Shown in pieces: positions 27,590-37,174 of a stretch of 52,763 nucleotides of DNA. The stretch spans positions 1 to 52,763 of the forward strand of contig BGZO01000005.1 of NCBI GenBank assembly GCA_003864475.1, read 5' to 3'. A program made the position numbers and the translations under genes. Below the pieces are notes generated by a model that was not told the DNA's origin, did not search any database, and was given only the letters and a program-made list of their open reading frames with translations. Origin of the DNA: Candidatus Termititenax persephonae. Lineage in GTDB: Bacteria > Margulisbacteria > Termititenacia > Termititenacales > Termititenacaceae. Each line of letters opens with the position of its first letter. Within the stretch, counting starts at the first letter, position 1.

Positions 27590-29275
27590 GTGCTGCCTAA
27601 GTTGCAGGAAACTTTTTGGGGTTCTCCGGGTAAGAAATTCTGGTCGACAACATTTTTAACAACTTTAGTGAGGAATGTTAGCGTCTTGTCAGCAAGTCTT
27701 GAAGTGTCAAGTAGTATTGTAAGTAAAAATGTTTTTGAAATTTCTCCGCTGATTTGGGGAGTGAGTTTAGGCTCGGCCAGTTTGTCTTCTTTATTGAATT
27801 TAGCTGTCTTAACAGATTTTTTTAGTCCTGCCGCAAACAGAAACGATGTCGAAAAAAGCAAACCCTGGCTGGCTCCTGCGGAGTTGCCGCAAATCACTAT
27901 ACAAATCCCCTGTCGTAATGAGCCGCTGGATGTAGTCCAAAATGGTTCGCTAAAAAGCGCGTTGGCACTCAATTACCCCAAAGACAAATTAACTATTCAG
28001 TTAGTGGACAATAGCGAACAAGGAAAATATGAAGAACTGGCCGCTTATTGTGAGGAACAAGGGGTGCATTTTATTCACCGCGAGGGCCGGGACGGCGGCA
28101 AGGCCAGAAATCTAAATATAGGCTTAGGTTTATGGCCTGTGAACGGACAACGCTATGAGCCGCAAAGTGATCTTTATTTTTTAGTGGACGCGGACATCAC
28201 TTTTGAACCGGACACGCTCCAAAAACTTTTACCAGAATTCAAAGCCAATCCCAGACTGCCTTTTGTGGTTTGTGAGGCGGAGTCCAGCGGCGGTAATTTA
28301 TTTACCGATGCCATAGCCGCGACGCATCTGCCTAGGTTGTACCGCAGAACTAATACCGAGAAATACGGTTTTGCCAATTCCACGGGATTTGGCCTGCTCT
28401 ACAATAGACACGCTTGGAGTGAGATACAGGGCTGGCCGGAAGACAGCATTAGCGAGGACTGGGCGGCCAGTATGACAATCCGCGCCCGTTCGGAATACTG
28501 GACGAAAGGCCACAGAGTGAATTATGTGCGGCTTAGCGATCCCGTGCCGGCCAATCTGGAACGCTATAAAATACAGCAGGCGCGCTGGGTGCAGGGTACC
28601 CTAGAAAATATACGCTGGTATTTATGGCCTTTGCTCAAAGCCAAACATATTCCTTGGAATGAAAAGGTTGATGTGTTTTTCAAGGCTTGGGGTTACCCTC
28701 AGCAGGCAATGGCGCAGGTAATAATACCGCTCATTACTGTGAGCAGCGGTATTAGCGTTATCGACAACTATCTTTTGCTCAATAATGCCTCCGCCTGGCT
28801 GCAATCTCTAAGCAGCGTCGTCAGCCTGTTTATCATACCCTTTGTTTTGCTGGCCGGAGTGCCGATTGTGTTTCTTAAAATTAAGCAAGGTTCGGAATCA
28901 GCCGGGCATTATTTTCGGCATTTATTGACCGGGTCGCTGGCTGGCATCAGCGCCGGATTGGCGATAACGCGCGGAGTCGGGAAAGGTTTGTTCGGTGCCA
29001 AGAACGCGCTGTTTAATGTTACGCCTAAAGGGAATGTTCCCCAAGAAAATGCTTTATTAAGAACATTCCAGAAAAACTGGAAAGAAATTGCCTTTGGTTC
29101 GGGGATAGTGTTGTCCAGTATTTTCTTGCTGCCGGGCTATTTAGGACTGGTAAGTTTTTTCGGGCTGGGTTTTATAATTACGCCATTTATGTCTTTGATA
29201 AAATTCAAAAAATCAGAAAAAACGGATTTTCCAAAACAACAAGAAACTCAAGCGGACAAGCCCCACGATATGTAA
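27590..29275 (+). CDS. Processive GT2 glycosyltransferase (cellulose-synthase-like)
   Basis: IQIPCRNEP, VDNS, GGKARNLN, DAD, SED and QQARW (D,D,D,QxxRW) motifs; C-terminal TM helices; FNVTPK. Confidence 0.88.
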   Translation: MLPKLQETFWGSPGKKFWSTTFLTTLVRNVSVLSASLEVSSSIVSKNVFEISPLIWGVSLGSASLSSLLNLAVLTDFFSPAANRNDVEKSKPWLAPAELPQITIQIPCRNEPLDVVQNGSLKSALALNYPKDKLTIQLVDNSEQGKYEELAAYCEEQGVHFIHREGRDGGKARNLNIGLGLWPVNGQRYEPQSDLYFLVDADITFEPDTLQKLLPEFKANPRLPFVVCEAESSGGNLFTDAIAATHLPRLYRRTNTEKYGFANSTGFGLLYNRHAWSEIQGWPEDSISEDWAASMTIRARSEYWTKGHRVNYVRLSDPVPANLERYKIQQARWVQGTLENIRWYLWPLLKAKHIPWNEKVDVFFKAWGYPQQAMAQVIIPLITVSSGISVIDNYLLLNNASAWLQSLSSVVSLFIIPFVLLAGVPIVFLKIKQGSESAGHYFRHLLTGSLAGISAGLAITRGVGKGLFGAKNALFNVTPKGNVPQENALLRTFQKNWKEIAFGSGIVLSSIFLLPGYLGLVSFFGLGFIITPFMSLIKFKKSEKTDFPKQQETQADKPHDM

Positions 29276-29324
29276 GGTATATTTATAAGGGAAAAGGGTA
29301 TATATTTTGTATAGGAAGATAATT

Positions 29325-30899
29325 ATGCGTATATTTTACTGCAACCTTAATATAAATAAAATTAATGGAAAACCTCTTTCATTAAATTTAGGTATGCCTA
29401 AAACCAAAGATGCAGCGAGTGGGATAACGAAAGCAATACCTCAAACGGAAAATTCTTTTTTACAAGATTTTGTTAATAATCCACAACAAATTACAGTGGA
29501 CTATCAGTGTTCTATAACCACAGATGGCTTCGTTGGGTTTGGTTCCGAAAATAATATCAATGGTTTATTTCAGATAGAGCAAGACAGCGGATTTGTGTCT
29601 GCAGCCGATATTGAGACTGCCAAACACAATTTAGATGAATTGTTGAAGGCTATTAAACGGGAATTATTAAAACATCCAGAAAAACCTCTTGGCGACAAGA
29701 TTCTCCTTGCTTATATGGTTATCGAAGATAGTTTTGGTGGTTATATTGACGGGGTTAATAGTCCACTTTTAACCCACGCGTTGCTTAATAAAGAAATAGA
29801 TTGTGATACATCATCTCTGATTATATTAGCTTTGGCAGAGGAATTGAAGAACGACGATCTGGAATGGTCAAGCATTGGCATGGTTCTTATGCCTAATCAT
29901 GCCAGCTTACAATATGGCGATAGTTATTATGATAAGGGAGAAAAAATAGATAAGTCCAGATATGAGCGGCAATTTGGTATTCCTCAAGATATTGCTGATA
30001 ATCCGCTTAGAGAAAATGTTTTTGCGATTTTAGCTAATACAACTTGTGGCATCTTGGCAGGACGTAAAAATAATTATCAGAAATCCATTCAGTATTATGA
30101 CCAAGCGTTAGCGCTGAGTGCTTATAACTTTATAGCTTATTATAACAGAGGCATTAATCATTTCTCGCTAGCGCAAGACAAAGCTATCGAACTTGATTTA
30201 TTTAAAAATAAAGATATTGTCCCGTCCATGGCAGACAGAGAGTTTATTTTACAGCACTATACAAAAGCTATTGTTGATTACACACAGGCGAGTCAGATAA
30301 CGAGTAAATACGCCGGTTCCTATTATGGTATAATTGACTGTTGTATTGATTTAATAGATCTGAATATTGAGCCGGAAAAATATGGGCAGTTAGCCCTCGC
30401 TACTCATGCAGAAAAGACACGTGTGTATGGTGAAGACATGGATTCGCCTATAGAACGAGCAGCTGTCTATATGCACTTGCAAAACTATGTAATGGCAGAA
30501 CAAGAATTATATGCATCATTGAACGGATGGCGTAATGATGGTTATTTTCCGCGTACAATGGTAAAGGTGTATAAATTATTGGCGGAAGCTTTACGCGCAC
30601 AAGGCAAGGAAAGTGAGGCGGCGCGATTCGATTCGTATACAGTAGAAGATCTAGACGTGGATCAATTATTTCAACAGACTTTAGATAGCTTAAAGGCCAA
30701 GGATTATGACGGCGCTGAGACAAGTTTTCTGAATATGAAAAATGTTTTGGCTAAACATTATGGATTTACTGTGCATAGGTATTTTGCGGAAGATTTATTT
30801 TATGCAAAACCTGAATTTACAGAACAAGATAATATTCGTGCCATGGAGTTATTAGACGCTTGGGGCAACTTGCTTTTGCAGAACATGGAGACACAATAA
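29325..30899 (+). CDS. Hypothetical protein with transglutaminase-like Cys/His/Asp motif and TPR repeats
   Basis: IDCDTSS...MPNHASLQYGDSYYD, then YQKSIQYYDQALAL...AYYNRGI and YTKAIVDYTQA. AT-rich. Start placed at ATG 29325 (track start 29307). Confidence 0.7.
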   Translation: MRIFYCNLNINKINGKPLSLNLGMPKTKDAASGITKAIPQTENSFLQDFVNNPQQITVDYQCSITTDGFVGFGSENNINGLFQIEQDSGFVSAADIETAKHNLDELLKAIKRELLKHPEKPLGDKILLAYMVIEDSFGGYIDGVNSPLLTHALLNKEIDCDTSSLIILALAEELKNDDLEWSSIGMVLMPNHASLQYGDSYYDKGEKIDKSRYERQFGIPQDIADNPLRENVFAILANTTCGILAGRKNNYQKSIQYYDQALALSAYNFIAYYNRGINHFSLAQDKAIELDLFKNKDIVPSMADREFILQHYTKAIVDYTQASQITSKYAGSYYGIIDCCIDLIDLNIEPEKYGQLALATHAEKTRVYGEDMDSPIERAAVYMHLQNYVMAEQELYASLNGWRNDGYFPRTMVKVYKLLAEALRAQGKESEAARFDSYTVEDLDVDQLFQQTLDSLKAKDYDGAETSFLNMKNVLAKHYGFTVHRYFAEDLFYAKPEFTEQDNIRAMELLDAWGNLLLQNMETQ

Positions 30900-30913
30900 A
30901 AATTTACAAACCG

Positions 30914-31013
30914 CTAATTATTCTTCGCTCAACAAAGCTAGCAGAGCCGCCAGATTGGCCTGCCAATTAATGGCCACTTCATTGGTCGACCAAGAATTTT
31001 GGTCATCGGCGTA
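30914..31013. repeat. 100 bp exact direct repeat of the GH9 3' end (other copy 34614-34713)
   Basis: Base-for-base identical from CTAATTATTCTTCG to CATCGGCGTA, offset 3700 bp. Confidence 0.95.
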
Positions 31014-31115
31014 TAACAGTAAAAACAACAGAAACCTACCACCAAAACCCACCAGTAAAAATCAACGCATTGTTAATGCTTTCCCAAACGATACTTTCTT
31101 TATGTGAGGAAAGTT

Positions 31116-33188
31116 ATGCATGTTGTCCCGCTAATCGATAACCATACAATTTCGCAAAAAAACAGTTCGTTGCGCCAATACACTCCGGCAAATCCGAATA
31201 TTGTTTCGCCAGAAGAACATGATTATTTTAAACCCAAACCCGCAAGCCTAGAAACGATCCTGTCGCCGGTCAGATACACCCTGCCTCTGCCAGGGTTCCG
31301 TACCCTGCCAGACATAATCCCGGAAACAGCATCCCCGGCTAAACCAAACCAGCCCCAAAATATTTTACTGAGCGTCGACGGCCAGCAAATACGCGGCGTG
31401 TATTGCGCGGAAGCGACCCAGCCGCTGACCATAGAAACCCCGGCTGACACCAGACAAAAGAATTTATCGGAATGTTTTACAGCCGCATTGCGCGGTGAAA
31501 CAACCAGCGTGGTCATCGGCGGCCTGTATTTTGACCTGACGTATGACACGGCAGTCGGACAATTTTCTCTGGCCAATGACGATACTGTCTACCACCTGCC
31601 TCTTGGTCCGGTTGAGCAAAAACCACCATTGTCAGAATCTCAAAATATTACCGCGCAAAACATAGGCTACACCGTCGACAACGCCCCCAAGCAGGGATTT
31701 GAAATATTAAAATCAATTATCTCCGCGATCAAAGACCACCCGGACGGAGACGCTGCCGCTATTCTATCTGATGTTCTGGACGGGTTAAAAACCATAGGCA
31801 AAGACCGCGCCATTGACCTACTAAATGACCTGTACTCCGCGCAGAAAAACAATCCTATCGATATTATCTTTCAACGCCGGATATCCGCCATTATCTATGA
31901 CGCAATTTATGCCCTGGAAACACTGGTTTATAAGGACAAGCTGGCCGCCGACAAAGCCGAATTTCAGGTAGCCGCGGCTGATATTGATGTCATAGGCCAA
32001 ACACGCAAACTAATGGAAATCCAACAGAGGTGGCAGCAAGAAATAGACAAATTGCCCAATGTCTCTAAGCGAGAGCCTCAGCAAAAATTATTGCACACAA
32101 AACTGCTAAATGAATTCTTGCTTAAAACTTTTATCGAGGAGATATTTTTGCCTGACTTATTCGACAAATATCCGCGCCTAGAGAATTCTATGTTCATGTT
32201 CGGTTTCGGCCGTTTATTGTCCGAAAACAACAAACTGGGAGCTTCGGCCGGCTCGGATATGGACTCCAATGTTATTGTCGGCTCCGGGCAAGGGACCGGC
32301 TCGATAATCTGTGAGAACGAAGCTGATGTCGAGACCATAAAACAGGAATTAAAAATCGCTCAAGAAGTTTTGGACGCTTATTTGCATCTGAATATGGAGA
32401 TCGATGATGAATTTACAGTTAGAAGTTTTGATGAGTTTGAGGAATCAATTTCTCCAGAAGGAAAAAACTTAGAAAATGACCCAGAAAAATCAACACAATT
32501 TTATATATCTATACTAAGAGATTATTATCAGTTTCATGAGCCAAATGAAAGGATTATATTGGACTTTCATAACGCTATTAATATTTCTGCTAAAAAATTT
32601 GACATAAGCTCGCCTATCCAAGCAATTTTTGAAGAAAACTTAAACGATTCTAGTAAGTACTCTATAGGCATGGCACATGGAGACGATCCCTTGCCTTTGG
32701 GCAATAAAAGATATACCGATAAAGTTATCGGTAGCGGCAACGAACAACCGGACAACTGGTATTTCTCCATGAAATACACGGTTAACCGCTTTTATGATTT
32801 TCTCTACAAACTGGAAAGTCTCAAAGGAACACCAGATGAAGTGAGTCTGTCTGCTGTTGGATTGAGCGAAAAAGACGCTTTGTTCATTAAGAATGTCAAT
32901 AATATGATGCTAGCTTTACAAAATTATGCTCTCAAGCTACATCCAGAAAACTGCGGCTATTTGTCCGCCGCTGACTTTCAAGAATTATATGCCCGCCCGG
33001 AATTCCGTCAGGAATTCAAGATAATTGCTGAAAAATTGAGTATTCAGCCGGGACTACTTGAAAAAATCAGTTCATCTTTTAACCAAGATTATAGAAAACT
33101 AGGCCATACATTTTTTAAAAGACTAGATGAAAAAATGTTTGGACTTCACCAAAAGATAGCCGCGGCTGACGCGCTAAAAAACCATTAG
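31116..33188 (+). CDS. Hypothetical protein with GlnE/GlnD-like nucleotidyltransferase motif
   Basis: FGFGRL...AGSDMDSNVIV resembles the Pol-beta superfamily G[SRK]...DxD motif; Pro-rich N-terminus; SD GAGGA before ATG 31116. Confidence 0.65.
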   Translation: MHVVPLIDNHTISQKNSSLRQYTPANPNIVSPEEHDYFKPKPASLETILSPVRYTLPLPGFRTLPDIIPETASPAKPNQPQNILLSVDGQQIRGVYCAEATQPLTIETPADTRQKNLSECFTAALRGETTSVVIGGLYFDLTYDTAVGQFSLANDDTVYHLPLGPVEQKPPLSESQNITAQNIGYTVDNAPKQGFEILKSIISAIKDHPDGDAAAILSDVLDGLKTIGKDRAIDLLNDLYSAQKNNPIDIIFQRRISAIIYDAIYALETLVYKDKLAADKAEFQVAAADIDVIGQTRKLMEIQQRWQQEIDKLPNVSKREPQQKLLHTKLLNEFLLKTFIEEIFLPDLFDKYPRLENSMFMFGFGRLLSENNKLGASAGSDMDSNVIVGSGQGTGSIICENEADVETIKQELKIAQEVLDAYLHLNMEIDDEFTVRSFDEFEESISPEGKNLENDPEKSTQFYISILRDYYQFHEPNERIILDFHNAINISAKKFDISSPIQAIFEENLNDSSKYSIGMAHGDDPLPLGNKRYTDKVIGSGNEQPDNWYFSMKYTVNRFYDFLYKLESLKGTPDEVSLSAVGLSEKDALFIKNVNNMMLALQNYALKLHPENCGYLSAADFQELYARPEFRQEFKIIAEKLSIQPGLLEKISSSFNQDYRKLGHTFFKRLDEKMFGLHQKIAAADALKNH

Positions 33189-33772
33189 TTATAATCATAT
33201 TCGACCCTATCTTCTAAAATTTTAGTGATTTTGCCGGTTTCGGATATCTCAATTACATTAAAATATTCTCCTTGAGAACTTCTTACTCTGTTTAGCCAAA
33301 TTCTTTTGGGTAATCCATTGTCTTCATAAAAAGTCACTGTATCTCCTTTGTATAACATAAGCTGTTCGCCAGCATCGGTAAGATTTATTTTTATTTCATC
33401 TTTTACGGAGAACCGTTCTAACTTGCCGCTGTGATAGAAAAAAATTCCCCTTGATAAAGGGAACTCTTGGCCTCTATGTTCGTACTTGTAGCTGTCATTG
33501 TAATTCTTATTGTGTAAACCAGTTCCGTGGAATTTTCCATCTTTGTATAAATATATCCTTCCATCTATGGGGATTGTATGTCCTTGATAAGTTATCACTG
33601 TTAGTTCTATAGCAAAACTTTCCAATTCGCCGGTCGGATGATAATGCGGACGTATTAACGGAAATGTCTGCCCAAAAATCTCCACAGTGTTGCCGGAGAT
33701 TTTGGCGATGGAATCATCTGCTCCGATTAGCTGTTCAGAGTTGCTCATAAGTTTACTTTGCATAACTTTCAC
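33185..33772 (-). CDS. Hypothetical protein with MORN-variant/YwqK-like beta repeats
   Basis: Repeats YHPTGELES, LYKDGKF, FYHSGKLER, FYEDNGLPKR; start uncertain. Confidence 0.6.
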   Translation of the reverse strand: MKVMQSKLMSNSEQLIGADDSIAKISGNTVEIFGQTFPLIRPHYHPTGELESFAIELTVITYQGHTIPIDGRIYLYKDGKFHGTGLHNKNYNDSYKYEHRGQEFPLSRGIFFYHSGKLERFSVKDEIKINLTDAGEQLMLYKGDTVTFYEDNGLPKRIWLNRVRSSQGEYFNVIEISETGKITKILEDRVEYDYN

Positions 33773-33854
33773 CTGCGTATATTATATACCCAATTTCACC
33801 GGGGATTATACATGTGTTTTTCATGCACAGTTCATGCACAGTTTTTCATGCAAA

Positions 33855-33978
33855 GAAGTAAGTCTGTCCGCTGTTGGATTGAGCGCCAAGAACGCGCCGT
33901 TTATGTCCTTGATAAAATTCAAAAAATCAGAAAAAACAAATCTCCCCCAACAGTCCGAAAACTCAAGTGGACAAGCCC
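33855..33978 (+). repeat. Mosaic remnant of neighbouring genes
   Basis: 33855-33885 matches 32838-32868; 33885-33897 matches 28997-29009; 33895-33978 matches the GT2 3' end 29181-29263. Confidence 0.85.
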
Positions 33979-34298
33979 AATAACTCCAGATAATTGCGCC
34001 GCGCGGCTAAAACACGGTGAATAATCACTTGTTTCAGTGTTTCATCGGTTACATAAAAAATCAAATAATTATCCACTGGTAAAATACGAAACCCTTGTTT
34101 ACGCAAAAACACATCTTTTACTAACGAATGTCTCTTGGGCAGGAACGTCAAATTAGAAATAGTTTTATAGAGTTTTGCCACTAATTTGACCGCCGTGTCC
34201 GGTGCGCTTAATTGCCGGGCTATATATTGAAATATTCCTCCCAAATCTTGATCCGCGCTGGGCGTAACTGTTACGGCGTACTTATTTGGCTTGCCCAT
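33963..34298 (-). CDS. RelE/ParE-family toxin
   Basis: YAVTVTPSADQDLGGIFQYIA...FRILPVDNYLIFY...VIIHRVLAARRN. Confidence 0.88.
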   Translation of the reverse strand: MGKPNKYAVTVTPSADQDLGGIFQYIARQLSAPDTAVKLVAKLYKTISNLTFLPKRHSLVKDVFLRKQGFRILPVDNYLIFYVTDETLKQVIIHRVLAARRNYLELLGLST

Positions 34299-34554
34299 AT
34301 TGCGCCTGATACTTGGCAAACACTGTGTCCAAAGGCAGCAATTTTTGGCCGGAGGCGACTTCCGCTTGCGAAGCGGCTAATTTGTCGTAAATTTCCAATC
34401 TAGCCAAACGCTGTTCATAATCTTCCGCGCTCAAAACCACTAAGTCGGCATAGCCGTTTTTGGTAATGAAAATCGGCTCATGCTGGGAATGTGCCAGCTT
34501 AGCGATTTTTGTAGTATTTGTCCTTAATTCGGATAAAGGTTGTATGGTTGGCAT
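34282..34554 (-). CDS. Phd/YefM-family antitoxin
   Basis: IQPLSELRTN...EPIFITKNGYADLVVLSAEDYE; overlaps the toxin start. Confidence 0.9.
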   Translation of the reverse strand: MPTIQPLSELRTNTTKIAKLAHSQHEPIFITKNGYADLVVLSAEDYEQRLARLEIYDKLAASQAEVASGQKLLPLDTVFAKYQAQYGQAK

Positions 34555-34570
34555 AGTTGAATTACTCCCT

Positions 34571-34612
34571 AAATTAGTATATGTATTATATTACTAATTT
34601 GTATATAGTCAA
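34571..34612 (-). promoter_or_regulatory. TA promoter with palindromic operator
   Basis: TTGACT-N16-TATAAT overlapped by the inverted repeat AAATTAGTA...TACTAATTT. Confidence 0.65.
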
Positions 34613-34617
34613 TCTAA

Positions 34618-37161
34618 TTATTCTTCGCTCAACAAAGCTAGCAGAGCCGCCAGATTGGCCTGCCAATTAATGGCCACTTCATTGGTCGACCAAGAATTTT
34701 GGTCATCGGCGTAAATACGCATCGCCGGATAAGTCTGAATGGACATGGCTATAGTGTCGCCGGAATACGCCACGCTGTTCGGGCCGCCGACCAGCAAGCC
34801 GTCCGGAGTAGGATATTGGCCGGACATAGATGGCCGGAAATGCGGCTGGCGCACTGATTTTTCGCCAAAACCAGTGATATAGGAAATACCGTTAGGATTT
34901 TTACCCAACAGATAATCCACTATTTTCAGTGCGCCCTGTTTATATTTAAGATTGCCAGTCTGTTTATAGATATACATTAACTCCAACCCGGCGGTGGCCG
35001 CTACGGAATTGGAACCCCAGTCAAATCCAGCGCCGATTCCGGCAAAAGCCAGACCGTAAGGATTTTCAGCCTGCCGCGCCAGCAAAGCATCCGCGTATTT
35101 AATTAACGCGCTCTCTATCTTCTGCTGTAATTCAGGGTCGGCGTTGGAATTGCGAGTATAAGAAAACAAGGCCAAATAATTGACGTTGCCCCAGTCCGGC
35201 GCGTTGTCGCCAAAGCGGTCTTGCGTCAACAGAGCGGGTAAATTGTCTTTAATATATTTTTGATATTTTGCTTCACCAGTGGCGTTAAAAAGCTCCACTG
35301 CCGCCCACAATCTTTCGTCTTGGTCTTGGTGGTCTGTGTAAGGCCCGCCGTATCTATGATTGTCATAAGTTTCCGCGGTCATAATTAAATCAGGATTTTG
35401 GACTAGAAAAGCCCAGGCTTGTTCCGCGGCGGCCAAATATTGCGCGGCCATAATTCTATCCTCGGCGACGGCGGAGTTTTTGTACTCGGCGTAGCCCAGC
35501 GCCATGGCCGCCGCGAAGTCTGCCGTGGCTGTGGTGGACACCGGAAGAACAGTTTTGAGCTGCGCATCGTCTTGCGGCGCGACTTCCGAAGCCAGCCATT
35601 CTGCCGCCGTTGCTTTATGATAGCAGGCTCCGTCCGTGCGCTGCATTTTGAGCAGAAAATCCAGTTCGTGTTTGACGATAGAGAGATAATCCGCCCGCGC
35701 CGCATTTTCGCGCGGCACCAGACCAGCGTCGTAAGCCAAATCATTGTCCGCATATTTTTTATTGACCAGCAGCAGACCCGCGCTGTAAGCGCCGTTGACC
35801 GTATATTTACCGTAATCACCGGCATCATGCCAGCCCCCAGAGACATCGATAGTCGTTTCAGAACCGTAAATTGGCGTTTCTTTATCCTGTTCATGAATAT
35901 TTCCGTAGGGTCCGTGTTCGCCGTCGGTAAACCATTTGAAGGCCAGTAAAGCGGCGTTACGTGTCGCGGACAGCCCGGCGGCGGGATTTTCTTTAAGGAC
36001 GACGGGTGTTTTTAATTCGCCGCTAATGCCGTTTTGTTGCGGCACAATCAGCGTGTATGTTCCCGGCTGTTCCAGCGCTGAAAAATCCAAAACCATTACT
36101 TTGGCTCCGGCATCTTTATAGACTTGATTGTAAGTTGACCTGCCAGTCCAGACGGCCTCTCCCTGTGTATTCTGTACCGAAAACTCCAGGCTGTCTACCG
36201 CACTATCCGCGGGAAGTTCCACAATGGCGGTCTTGGCAAAACCGCGGATATAACCGATTTGATTGCTCTGTATAGTTTGGTCATTGACTTGCGGCGCGGG
36301 TTCCGGCTGGACTACGATTTCAATATTGCTGACTCTGGCAAAATAATTTGTTGCTCCAGCGGTCATAAAAGCCAGCACGCCGATATTTTGCATCTCTTTA
36401 GGCACAATAAATTCATAAACGCCGTCCTGCGGCGGCACGAAGCCTTTAAGGTCGCTACCAAAATCCAGTTCAAAATTGCCGGGTTTCAGTTCAATTCCGT
36501 TCAGGGTTACTTGAAAAATTTTTTGCCCCCATAAAGCTCGAAAATCCTGTCCCACCTGTAAAGTCAGACGTAATGTTTTCTCGCCATAGTCTATGGTTTT
36601 ATTAACTACTACCGCGAACATTTCGCAATCGGCAAAACTGCTGTTGAGCCGTGGATCATAAATTTCAAAGCCGCCGGGAACCCGCCGACCCTGTAAACGG
36701 TTTTTGTCCCACAATGGTTCAATATGAGCCACGTTAATTTTTAAGACTTTTTCGTTTTCCGCCAAACCGCGGACAGGCTCCGTTATTGGACGAACCGCGT
36801 TATGCGCGGCATCCGGCTCCGGGTTTGGCTCAGAAACAATCGGCGCTTGAGCGCTGTAAACCAACTCTTTTAATAAATCTTCTTTGGTTTGGAAATGTTT
36901 CATTAGTTCGGCGACAGCGGCCTCAACTTCCGGCGTGTCAATAATATCGTTAAAAGCCGTGTCCTCGCGGCTTTGGGTGTCCACGAATTGCCGCAGAGTT
37001 CTCTGGTATTTCTGCGGCAGCTCGTCGATAGGCCGACCCTCTAGGATTAACTGCAAAGCTTGTTTTATTTCCTGCTCGGAATCAATCTCGCCGCTAAAAT
37101 CCGCGTCCGCGCGGCGCAGCTCTCTTTGATAGAATGCGGCATTATCAATGTTAATACCCAT
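34618..37161 (-). CDS. GH9 endoglucanase with Ig-like (CelD_N) domain and N-terminal EF-hand-like tag
   Basis: NQIGY, DVSGGWHDAGDYGKY, DERLWAAVELF, YLLGKNP, PHFR, YADDQNSWSTNEVAINWQA. Confidence 0.92.
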   Translation of the reverse strand: MGINIDNAAFYQRELRRADADFSGEIDSEQEIKQALQLILEGRPIDELPQKYQRTLRQFVDTQSREDTAFNDIIDTPEVEAAVAELMKHFQTKEDLLKELVYSAQAPIVSEPNPEPDAAHNAVRPITEPVRGLAENEKVLKINVAHIEPLWDKNRLQGRRVPGGFEIYDPRLNSSFADCEMFAVVVNKTIDYGEKTLRLTLQVGQDFRALWGQKIFQVTLNGIELKPGNFELDFGSDLKGFVPPQDGVYEFIVPKEMQNIGVLAFMTAGATNYFARVSNIEIVVQPEPAPQVNDQTIQSNQIGYIRGFAKTAIVELPADSAVDSLEFSVQNTQGEAVWTGRSTYNQVYKDAGAKVMVLDFSALEQPGTYTLIVPQQNGISGELKTPVVLKENPAAGLSATRNAALLAFKWFTDGEHGPYGNIHEQDKETPIYGSETTIDVSGGWHDAGDYGKYTVNGAYSAGLLLVNKKYADNDLAYDAGLVPRENAARADYLSIVKHELDFLLKMQRTDGACYHKATAAEWLASEVAPQDDAQLKTVLPVSTTATADFAAAMALGYAEYKNSAVAEDRIMAAQYLAAAEQAWAFLVQNPDLIMTAETYDNHRYGGPYTDHQDQDERLWAAVELFNATGEAKYQKYIKDNLPALLTQDRFGDNAPDWGNVNYLALFSYTRNSNADPELQQKIESALIKYADALLARQAENPYGLAFAGIGAGFDWGSNSVAATAGLELMYIYKQTGNLKYKQGALKIVDYLLGKNPNGISYITGFGEKSVRQPHFRPSMSGQYPTPDGLLVGGPNSVAYSGDTIAMSIQTYPAMRIYADDQNSWSTNEVAINWQANLAALLALLSEE

Positions 37162-37174
37162 GGCCGGGCTCCTT

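Noticed and set aside
30918-31070. Minus-strand ATG CGT TGA followed by a hydrophobic stretch in frame with the duplicated GH9 tail
   Set aside because: Stop at codon 3 and no clear SD; most likely chance.
33687-34024. ORFs 33687-33983 and 33758-34024
   Set aside because: They translate the mosaic repeat scar and antisense sequence; no independent coding evidence.
30914-34713. DGR template/variable repeat pair
   Set aside because: The copies are identical with no adenine-specific mismatches, and no reverse transcriptase is present in the window.
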